A stretch of 64,000 bases of DNA from Trichoplax sp. H2 (taxonomy: Eukaryota). The notes under the pieces are model-generated. The model did no database searches, was not told the origin of the DNA, and saw only the letters and a list, made by a program, of their open reading frames with translations. Where the stretch lies: the NCBI GenBank assembly GCA_003344405.1, contig NOWV01000010.1, forward strand, positions 682,001 to 746,000, read 5' to 3'. Every line of letters starts with the position of its first letter. Position 1 is the first letter of the stretch. Position numbers and translations under genes: made by a program. Shown here one piece after another: positions 1-13,400 of the stretch.

Positions 1-16
1 AACGAATTACGCCGAC

Positions 17-1248
17 ATGAGAGTTATTGCAACAAGTGCCATTGCAACAGGATTATTAACATACCAACTCTATCCTCATCTATTTCCAAATCGTATTCGA
101 CCCAAGCATATGACAGGATTTCCAATCATGCAAGAGACAATGGCCTCATTCAAAGAAATTTGTCAGAAGCTTGATATCGATCATAGTGACAAAGTCAAAG
201 TCTATGTCGACAAAAGTAATTCAATGATTGTTGATACTACGTATAAATCACCTTGATCGCATACAGTAGTAGTAAATCTATTTATAGTTATGCAGTAATT
301 TTGAAAAGCAATCGTAAATGTTCAACTAACCAAAATCGAGCTTCATGTCAATCTAATCAATGTACAGTATGTGCTATCCATTCCTTGTTTATGTTTTACT
401 AAACGTATAAACGTTCATGCGATTATAGGTCTGACTGCTGGAAATTTAGGAAATAGTTGGTTGCCCAACGGAGCAATCCTTAGCTTGCCGTGTACTATTT
501 ATTTTAAAACCGTCAATGATGTCATATATTCTAGAATTACTTTTGGCAATCAAAAGATTGAACGTGAAGATTTACTCAAATCTTTCATTACTTCAGCGAA
601 TTGTAATAATTTCCAGATGGCTCACGAATTATCCCACTTAAAATTGAACGACTTTATACCTCGAAGCATTGTAATGCCTACCTTTTACATAATAGCTAGT
701 GGTGTCTATAGTCTGTGCAATAAGTTCTTCTTAGGATCGACACTATTAAGGGGACTAAGCAAAGCCGCGGTCATAGCTGTAGCCATAGGCTGTTTCGTAG
801 CTACGAACTCCTACATTATCTACAGACAGGAATATAGAGCTGATCATACTGCAGCTAGTATTGATCCAACGTACTTAATAGGTATCTTACTGCAAATACT
901 TGTTGATAAAACGGCTTATATGATGATATAAGAACTTGCGATTCAATTAATATTCTTTCTATAATAGCTCCAGTACGTATATGATTTATTTTGCTAACGT
1001 ACTGTTGCAGTAATCAATCTGTATTATACTTATCTAATGTTGTACGCTTTCCAATTTTGAAAATTAAAGGTGGTATAGAACTAATGCACAAATATCTTGA
1101 CTGGGAAAACAAGTTTAACAAGAATGGTTCATCTAAACCTTTCTTAACGGTCATGTTGAATCGCTTATCGCATCCACCGGTAGAAAGGAGGCTTCAGCGG
1201 TTATTAGACATGCAAGAGCAGAGGGCTATCGCTGATAGTAAGAATTAA
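17..1248 (+). CDS. TMEM177: TMEM177-like membrane protein with M48 peptidase-type motifs (3 exons: 17-215, 429-881, 1070-1248)
   Basis: GT-AG introns join three ORFs in frame: MRVIATSAIATGLL...VYVDKS-LTAGNLGNSWLPNGAILSLP...MAHELSHLK...RQEYRADHTAASIDPTYLI-GGIELMHKYL...SHPPVERRL. The AG..LP.GA..lP, AD..AA.L...Y..GG.E and C-terminal layout resemble TMEM177. The start codon may lie further upstream, outside the window. Confidence 0.7.
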
Positions 1249-1996
1249 GAAAGAAACTAATTGTGCTTTTAATATCGAACTCGGAATAAGCTATGAATGA
1301 GATAGTGTATCAAGTTTATAGAAGGCCTGGAGTGTAGGTAAACTCGATCTGTATATATTATACTGTTTCGTACATAAATATATGCTTGTCCACTACTGTA
1401 TATGTTACGCATATACAGTATATATATCTACTAAGAGTTCAACACCCATGTTACAGACTTATACTTCCTCTATTAACAGGTTTACTCGTATATGTGGGTT
1501 TAATAGGTAAACTGTTGCATATTGTATTGGTGGGGCTATCGATTAAAGACTGTGTAAGGCAATGTCATATTGCTCCACAGTACTGTGCACTAGACAACAC
1601 AATACAGAAAATAGTGATTTAAAATATACAACATTGATAGTAAATAAAATTGAATTTATTTTATTTGTTGTACAAAGTTGCAGCTATCATAAATACAGAA
1701 ATAGAGTAAAAGTCCAGAAATCTCGCTGGATATTTTATGTACTGTACTTAACAAATTTCAACTTTGATGAATGAATGATATATGATATTTATTACACCAT
1801 TAGTGCATTACTGTCGATAAGCAGTAATAATACGTGTATTTCTCTCTAAGTTATAGTATATGAGCTACAGTTATGCTTACAAGCATGGACTACTCAATAC
1901 TAAATCCTCGTGGACTCCACACTATGCTCGACCTGTAGCTACAGCACGACAAGAAACCCCCAAATTATTGGTTCTCTTTAGCCATGGGCTTGTCGA

Positions 1997-2072
1997 GATC
2001 TACAAGTCCATGCTTTAGGTCGCGATCTAAAAGTCCATGCTTTAGGTCGCGATCTAAAAGTCCATGCTTTAG
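1997..2072. repeat. 27-bp tandem repeat (AAGTCCATGCTTTAGGTCGCGATCTAA, about 2.6 copies)
   Basis: Units at 2004-2030 and 2031-2057, plus a partial unit at 2058-2072. The overlapping copy after the gap (about 2547-2570) has only one unit. Confidence 0.9.
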
Positions 2073-2621
2073 CTGACGATCCACCGTGTCGGAGTCAAAT
2101 GCGCCCGAACTTTGATTGATTGACATACTGTACTCTGTATAGTACAGTACTGTACTGTACAGTATGTAACCTCTGTGTTTCTGTACAGTACATCACTACA
2201 CTACGTACTGTACACTGTACACTGTACAGTACAGTTCTTTCCCAGTCAATCCACACATGTACAGTACAGTACTACAGTGAACTTCACCCTTACCTGTGCT
2301 TCAAGTCAATCGGGCCCAAAAGATACAAAGCATGCGCAAGCAATCCAAATCTGCAGATGACACTAGCAGCGAGAGCGGTCACACGTATCTGCTGCAATTT
2401 TTTATCCATTTTTATCCTTTTGCCAGCCCTTNNNNNNNNNNNNNNNNNNNNTAAATCCTCGTGGACTCCACACTATGCTCGACCTGTAGCTACAGCACGA
2501 CAAGAAACCCCCAAATTATTGGTTCTCTTTAGCCATGAGCTTGTCGAGATCTACAAGTCCATGCTTTAGCTGACGATCCACCGTGTCGGAGTCAAATGCG
2601 CCCGAACTTTGATTGATTGAC

Positions 2622-2783
2622 ATACTGTACACTGTATAGTACAGTACTGTTTGTAACCTCTGTGTTTCTGTACAGTACAGTACAGTACATCACTACACTA
2701 CGTACTGTACACTGTACACTGTACAGTTCTTTCCCAGTCAATCCACACATGTACAGTACATTGTACAGTACTGTACTACAGTG
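2622..2783. promoter_or_regulatory. TACAGTA/TACTGTA degenerate array upstream of KHDRBS (second haplotype copy at about 2126-2280)
   Basis: Dense ACTGTAC/TACAGTA units about 165-325 bp upstream of the ATG at 2946. Confidence 0.5.
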
Positions 2784-2945
2784 AACTTCACCCTACCTGT
2801 GCTTCAAGTCAATCGGGCCCAAAAGATACAAAGCATGCGCAAGCAATCCAAACCTGCAGATGACACTAGCAGCGAGAGCGGTCACACGTATCTGCTGCAA
2901 TTTTTTTATCCATTTTTATCCTTTTGCCAGCCCTTACATCTCGAC

Positions 2946-5900
2946 ATGGCCAAAGAAGAAGACCGAAAACAAGATTTTTTATTAGAGTTATATAAAGAGA
3001 AAGAGAAACTAGATCCTTCCTTTTACCATAGTATACGATTACTTTCGAAAGGTAGGTAAGGATACACTGGAATGCTAAGCTAATCATCATGTCATCGAAA
3101 TGGACAATGAAAGCATTTCATAGCCACGACTTTGTCTTGTTGGATCAATGATACATGGAAATTTCTATCGTTAAATATATATCGATAGCTTTCATTGCAC
3201 TCTTTGTATATACAATCGATGATAGTCAAGTTATTTGAACAGCTCTGATATCGTTGAGACGATGGAATATTACTTTACTCTCGGATAGATTGCAGGTTTT
3301 CTGCCTGATTTCAGTGACCTTTTTCTTGATTGATAGGGTCAATTTTTGACTCAATCACAATAAGCCAATACTATATGCACTATTGCTCAAAATGATTCTT
3401 TTCCTTTTTCATTTTGCTGCTATCTTCAAGACATGAACAGCTTTTAACAATTAATTTTATCCTAGTAGTGCAAAACGTTGAAATTGATCGTATTCCAGCG
3501 ATGCTTTACAACAAAAATACTTTAATGACCACGGCTTGACTGTAGGCACCGTTTTACAAGCCATCATTGATTTCATCCTAAAGCACGTACAGTATATTGT
3601 GCTAGATGATCGATACTGGATTAGAATGGAACAATAGCATCAATAAAATGGAGAGAAAAAGTGAATAAAATGGTGTACTTTACTACACTTAAATCGAACC
3701 CTCTTAATCAAATATTAGCAAGAATTCGAAAAATTAAATGTAATAAAAAAAGTTTATTTTACGAGGACAGAATCTTGCCCCCAAATTTGTATCATCTTTT
3801 CCAACTTCCTCTATATAACTATTACCTATACTTTATCGCTACTACCATACGATGATGTGAGACTAATAATGATTATCTTATTATTCAATTCTGAACTGAT
3901 TTTAGAAATTGCTCGAGTAGAATGTGGCGATGAAACGTCTGGTAATGGTTCTCTTAATAGCAATAATGTCAAACAGGAATCTCCAATGACATCCGTTCGA
4001 CTTCATGATCCATATTCTCCCAGTGCTATCAAACTATCTGAAAGAGTATTAATTCCTGTCAAAGATTATCCAGGCGTAAGTTAGCAAATGAAAATTGCGT
4101 TTTGTTCCTATTTTACATACTGTATTATCATGATGTCGATGCGTCTTCTAGCCTACGGGATACACTATTCTGGATCAATACAGTACTGCGTTAGAAGGCA
4201 CTTCTCTATTTGTACCAATTAGGAACAATCGAAAAAATAGCAAAGAAACCACTTATAAGCTTAAATTGTTCTTATCGACAAACCTTTAATATGATATAAA
4301 TCTTGTTTACATACAGATTCTCTATCATACCCTAAATTCGTAATTAATGAACCTCAATCTTATCAATTTAATTATCCAACAATTTAACCTCCTTCAACAT
4401 ACATTACAATACTCTTCATTTACCTTATGTAAATTTTTTTGGCGTCGTCAGCATAATCCAACTTTAAAAAAATAAGGTATTGTCTTGATCAGTATAATGT
4501 ACAGTAAATACAAATCGAACTGCTCTATGTTTAGGACATTAATAGTAGAAACTTTTTCAGGAAGAGAGAAATAAAAGTAGAATATTTCATACAGTAGCCT
4601 TGTCGATAAGGTGATACTGTAATCATTGAAACGTATGAGTAAAATATCATCTACTACTGTAGATCTAATTGTAGCAATTAAGGTTAAATGTAGTCATTAG
4701 TATGACACAAACACTTAATGTCGTATTATACAGTAATTGTAATTTTACTCAACGAAAAAATCTTTTGTTCTATCATTAGACATTTTTAGTACAAATTAAA
4801 CATTGAATGCAGTCAAAGTGGGCCTCATCAAGTGCCTAAGCTGTAAATCATTTTCCCATTTTAGCTAATTTCAAATTGTTAATTGATTTTTAAGTAGCAC
4901 ACTATCAACAAACTATAGACGATAAATGGACCGTTGTACATTAATGATGATCAGCATTTGCTATCTGTGCGATTCAAGTGTTGATTTTTCGATACTCTCC
5001 GTCAAGTTATCGAGATGTTGAATCGATTACCAACAAGAGGGTTTTAGAGAGAGAGAGAAACTATCTTCGTTTAGTTCATTCAATATACTGTATACTCTTT
5101 TATTTAATCTCTCAAATACTAAGTGGTATATATTTAGGACGTTCTAGCTTTTAAAAAAATACTAGTATCCTAAGCTGTTGCCTGAGTATTATCCGTATTA
5201 TTGACTCTAACCTGTGCTTCATTCACGTAGATGTTGTCGTAGTTATGCAATAGTCACATTAAAATATTTTAAATAGCCTATAAAACACGTATCGTTTTAA
5301 TCGTCTGTTGTCATCTGCGACTTGCATCAGCGATAATGATAGCATTAGAGAAATTTTTTCTTTACAGAATCTACAAAGAAACGTATTCATGCCTTTATTT
5401 AAAGAGAATACGTACATTTATTATCTCAAGTAAATTTTTTGAAGATTACAACAAAAGCACAGAGATATTAGCGATTTTGAGTTATCCTTTAGCAATTTGT
5501 TGGATTGCGCATAATAGATTGCCCCTGTACAGTAAATAACAAAAGACATGCTCTGATCATTCTAAAAAAGTAGTTTACGTTCTTTTATTACAACTGTGCA
5601 ATATTGATTTTAGTAGATAGATACGTGGATAATAGTAGACTTTTGATGCCTATGCGGCCATACCGAGAATCCTTTCACAATTTACTTATGCTAAGCGATC
5701 CTCAATTGTATTCATCATTAAGTATAATCTTGTAATGTACTGTACACTGCACAATAAGGCAGATAGTGGCCAGAAAACAGCGATAAAATTGCTAAACTTT
5801 TAAATTACCTTCTAATAAATGTTATAGTTCAATTTTATTGGAAAACTACTCGGTCCTCGTGGTAACACGCTAAAGAGGCTCCAATCTGATACATTGACGA

Positions 5901-8394
5901 AAATGTCAATACTTGGTAAAGGGTCGATAAGAGATAAGGAAAAGGTAGTATCAACAATATCTAACGTATTGAATGGTTCTAACAAAATTTTAATGCATAA
6001 CGGTTAAATAAATAGATCACATTTACTTGTCTCAAGTGACCGGAGTAGAATATTGTAAATATGAAGCGTAATAACTAATACGGCATCATTAAAGGCTTAC
6101 TGGGTACTAAATGTACGCGTACTTTTTGTAGTTTGCAAGTAACTTAATCCCACCTAACATCAAGAAAAAGATAACAATTGCGTTTTAATAGGAATAGTTA
6201 CATTTATCTTAGATATAAATTATTCATAGTAGTCGCAACTACAGTACAATAAATACGTCCGTTACGGACTTGCTCTATTTTTGAGCGACATTGTAAATTA
6301 ATCCCGGATACCATCCTAAAAAAAGATGGGAGATTGATCTTACTGCGAACATTTTTTAATACTTGCTTGTAGGATAAAATCGCTCTAAATTCATTATTTA
6401 TTACGTAAACGTAAGAAATTAATGCTTGCAAAAACTTCTATTATATGCGTACTTTTGTAATCAGTTGCTATATAATATTCAATATTTTTCTCATTACAAT
6501 TTCCTATCAGACAGCTGTTCACTTGCGTAACAGATTGAAATAGTCATCAACTGTTTTATAACATTTCATATCACCATTCGAGGTGTCTTTTTTTTCTATC
6601 CAAAGTATTCAGAAATATTAGAGTATAAAAAATTCCTTACAATTTCCTATCAGACAGCTGTTCACTTGCGTAACAGATTGAAATAGTCATCAACTGTTTT
6701 GTAACATTTCATATCACCATTCGAGGTGTCTTTTTTTTCTATTCAAAGTATTCAGAAATGTTAAGAGTATAAAAAATTCCTTATTAAATAATTTTCAGAT
6801 ATTAAGTATAATTTTATTATGTTTACATTGTATCTACTACAGGAAGAAGAATTAAGGCGGGATGATCCTAGCAGTCACTTACATTTAGATTTACATGTCC
6901 TCATTGAGGTGGAAGCACCTTATCATGAAGCACATCAACGCCTATGCGCTTCTGTAGAAGCTTTAAGAAAATTTCTGAGGCCGGTAAGTGTTGGCTGCTG
7001 GTTTTTTAACTTTTATTATAGGGCTCTACATGCTCGTGAAAAAAAAATAAATTAAAAAATCAGTCATTTATTAGCCTACTAATCTAAGTTCCAGGAATCC
7101 GTAATTTCTTATTATTACTGACATCGTAAGCGTTTGCAATCAATTTCTTTATTTTGTGTTGAAATCAACATGTAGAGTGCAGCTAATATTGCCTATTCAT
7201 ATAATCAACAGTTCGTTGTGTTATTTTCTTAATAATTGTACAGTACTAGCAACAAGCATTCGTCCAAAATATTGCTGACATTGCTAAACATAGTTTTATA
7301 ATGCTAACGATCAAGTTGTGTAAATGTTGTACCCTTTTTGAATATCAAACAAAGACAAACAGTGATCCTCTCCACCAACAGCAAATGATCGAATTAGCCT
7401 ATTTATCTGGTAAGCAAGACGAAAGTGGAGATTCTGTCGCTGTAGCTAAATCTTATCCCAGACCTATCATTCACCGTAAACTTACGGAGATTGATGCGCC
7501 AACTGAAAGAAGAGTTAATGATCCTTCGCAGATTTTAAGAGCAAAAACTTTATTCGCATCTCGTTCCGCTACTTTGGGTAGAGTACGTGAGAGTGTACCA
7601 TCAAAGTATACAGAATATATTGAAGAAAAGTATGATCCACGCTACGAGGAAAATTACTCTGTAAGTAGCAATGTAACTTTGTTTAAAATTATTCACTTCC
7701 TCAATTTACCATAATCTTTTGTATCATTTTAACTAATGTCTTATAGCCTTACTCATCAGACTTCATGGAACCAAGGTTTGGATAATTCAAGTTAAATCAG
7801 TATTAACAGTATCAATTTACCTATTTGTAGTCCAATATATACGTGTAATGCTAAAACCTTAACGCTTCATTTCTCTGATTGTAGTAATCAAGGTTCGCGT
7901 TATATTTATACATATGATACCCCTAGCGAATCTCATGCTGATTCCAATATCGATAAATTTGGTGAATATGATGGTCAGTTAATGAAATAGAAAATGAATA
8001 TGATGAAATTGCATTAGTTTAGATATTACAATAATAGAACGGCTATTGGCTGCTGTGCAAGTTGAACAAAGTAACTTGATTTAGTATTTTCTACTGGTGG
8101 TGTTTTTCCGCCGTTAGATGATACTCTCAACAGTCATAAACTTGTAAATATAGCCGAACATGAACATGCTGTGCTCATAGTCCTAGTGATAGCGTTCACC
8201 TATCACTAGTCTCCAGCAGATCGATATTCATCATCACGTAGCTTTTAATTAATCTCTTACCTCTGTCTTTAAGTATTTTTACTAAAAGGGTAAATATCAT
8301 TTATTCATAATATGTAGAAGACTGGCGAAAATCACAGATGAAAATGCATTCTAATCGAAACAAAATTTACAGACGGAGTGCTCATCCCTATTGA
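2946..8394 (+). CDS. KHDRBS: KHDRBS/Sam68-family STAR (QUA1-KH-QUA2) RNA-binding protein, about 8 exons (2946-3051, 3906-4075, 5828-5944, 6843-6983, 7355-7660, 7747-7775, about 7885-7973, about 8318-8394)
   Basis: QUA1 [63 protein letters not shown]...[20 protein letters not shown]...[14 protein letters not shown]2 [12 protein letters not shown]; Tyr-rich tail ending RRSAHPY*, like the Sam68 YREHPY PY-NLS. Canonical GT-AG junctions. Confidence 0.92.
6494..6783. repeat. Tandem duplication of about 143 bp in KHDRBS intron 3
   Basis: TTACAATTTCCTATCAGACAGCTGTTCACTTGCGTAAC...GAGTATAAAAAATTCC occurs at 6494 and again at 6637 with a few differences. Confidence 0.92.
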
Positions 8395-10481
8395 GAAAGC
8401 ACGTAGTAAATAGTATAGTTAAGGATTTTTTACAAACCATAACAATTGTCATCCTTTCATGTCCTCGGAAAAAATGAATTGGCCAGATCATCCATATGAT
8501 AATAATGTAAAAAGAGGCGACTACCTACATCCGTGGCAACACAACTACTATCATCTTAAAAGCTAAAGCATCGCTATAGAATTAATCCAATGGAATTGAA
8601 TTCCTATTTAAAAAATTGTAAAAATTCTATCGACAGGTAAATGGAACACCCCTTCACTAGAGGTACATGCCTCTACCAGGAAAATAATTTATTATCGACT
8701 GTTAATATTATTTATCATATCAGAGTTTCGATTAATATCTACAGCATTAGGCGCTGCAAAAAGGTGAATACAGAATTTCCTGAACTATTTTAGTTCTATG
8801 TTATCGCTGCACTGTAGTAAGCCCAACGTTTATTGGCTTTTATTCCTATTTGTTGATCTATGATCTTTTATTAAATTACATGACCTAACTCAATAATGTA
8901 ATTTGTGATGAATGCGTAACTAGTCTACTATTAAGCCCATTACCAATTCAAAATTTATTGATGGCGGTATCTGAATCAACAATTTCAATATTTGTAGGTA
9001 GGGGGCATTAATATTCCACTAATGATTATTAGTTCAGTCACCGCGTCCGATATTAAAGCAATTACTTTGCATCGAAATTATGAATTTTTAAAATACATAA
9101 AACTAATATATCTCGATAAATTTCAAATCAATGCTGTTAAAATGAACCCATAATACAAATTAACTATACATTGTGTTCAAATTTTCGATTTCGAATTTAT
9201 ATTATACAGATTCTTTCCTTTATTGCATAAATAACGACATTGTTGTTAAAGATATAATAACTGCGAAGTAATTAAGATAATCTAAACTTCGAATTAACTA
9301 TACTGTAAGATCTCTTCAACAAGTAGATCTAAAATTTATTTTATACAGAGCAGTTTTGTGATATTACTATCACAAATACTGATACTGAAGTCACTATAAA
9401 ATAAAGTCGAATATTGATTATTCTAAGGATACACATGTACGCATATGTACTACATAACCGACATGGGACTTGTACGAGTGTAATCACTTGGTATAGTCGT
9501 AGCCAAATTATTCTACGTATCAGATACAAATATATTGTAAAGTTTTTTTTATAACATATAAGCCCTAAACGAATAAACTAGAGCCCTCTCATATCGGTCT
9601 TTATACTGATAGAAATAACATAGACACACGAAGTTACAAAAATAATTACTTAGGTGAAGTCTTCTCAATAACTTTCTCTAGTTAAACTGCCCATACAATT
9701 ACTAGCAATCACTCTCGAACTCGTTAGTCCTAGGTGTTAGTAACACGATAATTAAGTCTTTATAAAGAAAGGACGTTGTTACTCTTAGTTCTTCTAAGCG
9801 ATTTAATGCTCTGTTAAAGCTACCGACATCGTAGAGGATACATTATGATTTATTAATTTTACGAAGACACTTACATCGTGGCTTACAGTAATTAACGTAT
9901 TCAGTAACTGACACCAACACAGTTATTTAATGCAAGCGGACGGTAATAAATCATAGAAGTCAACAAATCCACAGTATGATGGATAATAAGAGATGAGTTA
10001 GCTGGAGGTACTGCGTTTTTTCCGGTATACTTTTATCTCTGAATCTTAATCTAAACTACATGTATGATCAGTAATATCGTATTCTGTACAATAATAAAAT
10101 TTCTAAGTGGCCAATTGCCACAAGCAGTAAGAAATTAATGGAAAGATATACATGTATTAAATTACAGTTGTAGAATGGAAGAAAAGAGACTAACTAATCC
10201 CCTTTATAAAGAACCTTAACGAGGAAACATATAAACCTTTGCTAATAAGTATTGAAACATGATATCTGCAGCAAATAAAAGATAGCTCTAAGAAGTGTAA
10301 CATGCAAATCGAACAATTTTAGTGACACTCACTAAACACATAATAAGATCATGTAAAAAAATTGCAGGAAAATTTAACGTAACCTATAATATCACCATGA
10401 ATAATGCTGATAATAATATATCGAAATACTTATTGTGAGTTAACACTTGCAGGTAAAGAAACGGATAGCTAGCTTCTACGC

Positions 10482-13400
10482 TCAATTAATGATCTGAGAA
10501 ATAAAAGAATTATAGGTATTATACAATATAACGCAATACTACAATAAAAATATCGTGTTAATCGTATTTATCCTTCATACTTACTGAAAAAATAGTAGAT
10601 TTAATAAAGTCTTTTTGAGATGAAATATCAATATCGGGGAATTCTTCCAGCAACTTCATAGTCACACAAAAGAACGCCCAAAAGAAATTATTTTCACACG
10701 GAGAGTTTAAAATGAACCTTAATAATTTCCTACCTCCCGACAAACAGACTTTATCGTAACATTTTGTAAGTCAGCACCATCTAACAATTTTGTAATTGCA
10801 GCTTCGATTTCGCTATCCTGTTATAACATTGTTTAAATTGATAAAAATAAATTTTACAGCATATTTAGTTTCGACTACATCTAGCACCACAAAACTAACG
10901 TACTGTCGGCGGATCTTTTTTCATCTTCTTTGCTAGCGGCTCTTCATCCGAACTATCAAAGTCATCCACAACTATAAAATGTTCACGAATTTATTTAAGA
11001 GATTACATTTCAGAAGCACTAATGTTGGTACACAAACCCGTCTTTGCCTTTCTTTTCTTCTTCTTGGTTGGGGATTTCGTCTTGATCTGCTTTTCTTTCC
11101 GAGGAGGCTTCTTAGCCTATTAAATATTAAATGTAAACTTCTTTAAGTAATTAAATCAATAAAATTTATACCATTAAACAACAATAGAGTTACAACTAAT
11201 TATCACAGATATTTCAACGCTTTAGATTAGTAACAATACCCATACCGTTTTGGGACGTTTCGGTTTTTTCCCTATCAAAAGATACGTAAAATGCGAAAAA
11301 TTTTCATTGACCATAATAGAAGTGCTTACAAATCTCAACCAATAATACGCATGTTAAAAGTAAAATTTGTTACAATATAAGTTTAGCTGACCACTACCTG
11401 AGCTTCTAGTTGAACCCTAAAATTAATAAAGATTTGTTAAATTATTTTTTTCTTAAGAATCAACATATTGCAATTAAGATTGTAACACTTTCGTTGAGTA
11501 ATTAATAGGGATAACTTTGCTTACTGTTACCTGAGCGCCTGAGCTAGACGGTACAAGCAAAAATTCCATTATATGTTCTATCATTTCGACCTTGATAAAT
11601 ATATTTTATTAAATTGCAGTTATACGATATAAAGATGATATGGTAGGCTAATTTATGACTAGTTTATACCTTTGAAGCACCGCGTTGAACACATATTATG
11701 CCACACAAATTTCGTAGATCGGAAGATGTCATTCTTAACGATAACGATTAGATTAACTCTAGTGTCTTAACTAGTGCTTCCCTACGAGATAGCAAGACTA
11801 TTTGCAGTCGTTAAAGTTGACTTACTTTGATAACATTTTCTCTTTTGTTTGATATTCATCACTAGTCTAAAGGTCAAAGAAGTCATTGTAATGATCACTC
11901 ATGATAAAAAAGTGTATACATACATATATCTCTTACAGTGTCAAAGTTGAATCCTCGGAAATCTCGAATATTTCTTTTCACTTCAGTAGCCTAAATTAAA
12001 GAGCGAAACGATGAGATTAAGCTATCGAACCAAATACGGGCTAAAAAGCACAGCTTACCGATCCAGGGCGACCAAATAGTAGTCTATGTAAAGGTTTTAA
12101 GGTATCTGCCTTAGAACCTGTTACCGCAGTTTCGACTACATAAATTGAAGCCATAAGATAAGTTAAAAAAATAAAACCTTCCTATATTAATTTATGTCAT
12201 AATAAATCATGCATTTCCAGCAATACTTTGTGAAATATCTCCGAGACGTTCGCCTTTGCCAGTAGAAAAATCGATTTTAGTTTTGACTTTAACAGGAATT
12301 TTTAAATGCAGCCGATCCGTTGTTTTGCGTACTCGAGCACCTTCCTGAATTAGAGGTTTGTCGTAAATACCTACCAAATAAAATAGCATCAAATCGTAAT
12401 TTAAAATTTCAATGCATTCGGGAATCAGCATACCTCTTACTGAATATTAGGTATGCAATAACTAAATATCATCATGGCATTTAAAACCTTGATACTAATA
12501 AGATTTCGACTTGAAATATATGCAATATGTTTACTTTAATATTATCTTTGATAAGAGTGAAATCTTGAGTGAGTAAACCAAGTTAAATATTAATAAATAA
12601 ATCATTACCAACCTAAATGTTTGGTGTTATCGTCGCCATTCTCGCTGACACCTTAAATATCAGTAGGCACGCGTAGGTCAATTGAACGTGTCGTAAGTAA
12701 TTATAATTAAGAATACAGACTGCATTCAAAAGATAACCATACCGGAATCTTCATTAGCTTCTGAGGTTTCGATTTCATCCTTGGTCTTAGTCGCAGCCTA
12801 TATCAACGACACGAATAAAGTACGGGTATGATCCGATAAATTATTACATTAACTTGCTAATATTTATATGATTCCACAAATCATATCATGCAACTCAATT
12901 CACGAACTTCATATATTGTAACAGGATTTTGTAAGTATGACAGATTCAAAAATTCTCAAACATCTCATAGGGGTAATTAACTGTAATGAAAAATCTATTT
13001 CATGCAATCTTCGGTAGTATGCTATAGGAGTTTTAACCTGAAATCTTATTATCTACAATCATTGCACGGCATTTCTTAAGATATGCATGGCAATTTTTAG
13101 TTAATATTTAGTGATTCCCTCTAGTAGAATAATTCAGTGCAGTTACATCAGGTATAATTGTCTTTCTTTTAATGCAGTAAGGAAGCTATATGTTGGAACG
13201 TATCGAATACTTATCACTCGAAACAATAACGTATTCGTTACATCTGGTGCTTTTAGTACTAATATCAGTATCGTTACAATTTAACAACAGTCACCAACAA
13301 TTACAAAGATTATCTTCAATACTACATCTATAAGGGTTTCATCTATGTGATCGCAGCAACCAGAGTATATTTATATAAGAGTACGCACGATTAGTAACTG

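Larger units (their letters stand above)
1901..2935. other. Assembly gap (N 2432-2451) flanked by near-identical overlapping sequence (1901-2431 vs 2452-2935), probably two haplotypes
   Basis: Both sides begin TAAATCCTCGTGGACTCC and end TTGCCAGCCCTT, and differ by SNPs and indels. The duplication ends exactly at the gap edges. Confidence 0.85.

Noticed and set aside
882-1069. TMEM177 intron 2 (GTATCTTA) as a U12 intron
   Set aside because: Only a partial 5' match, with no CCTTAAC-like branch point near the acceptor.
1997-2072. 27-bp repeats considered as a CRISPR-like array
   Set aside because: The units are head-to-tail with no unique spacers, the context is eukaryotic and there are no cas genes.
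2120-2569. ORFs rich in YCTV/TVQY (also 14876-15121, 19060-19377 and 40595-40959)
   Set aside because: They are translations of the TACAGTA arrays, which lack stops in some frames; one also crosses an N gap. They have no protein-like features.
8184-8210. 10-bp stem CTAGTGATAG..CTATCACTAG in the last KHDRBS intron
   Set aside because: Too short to distinguish from chance, and there is no other support.
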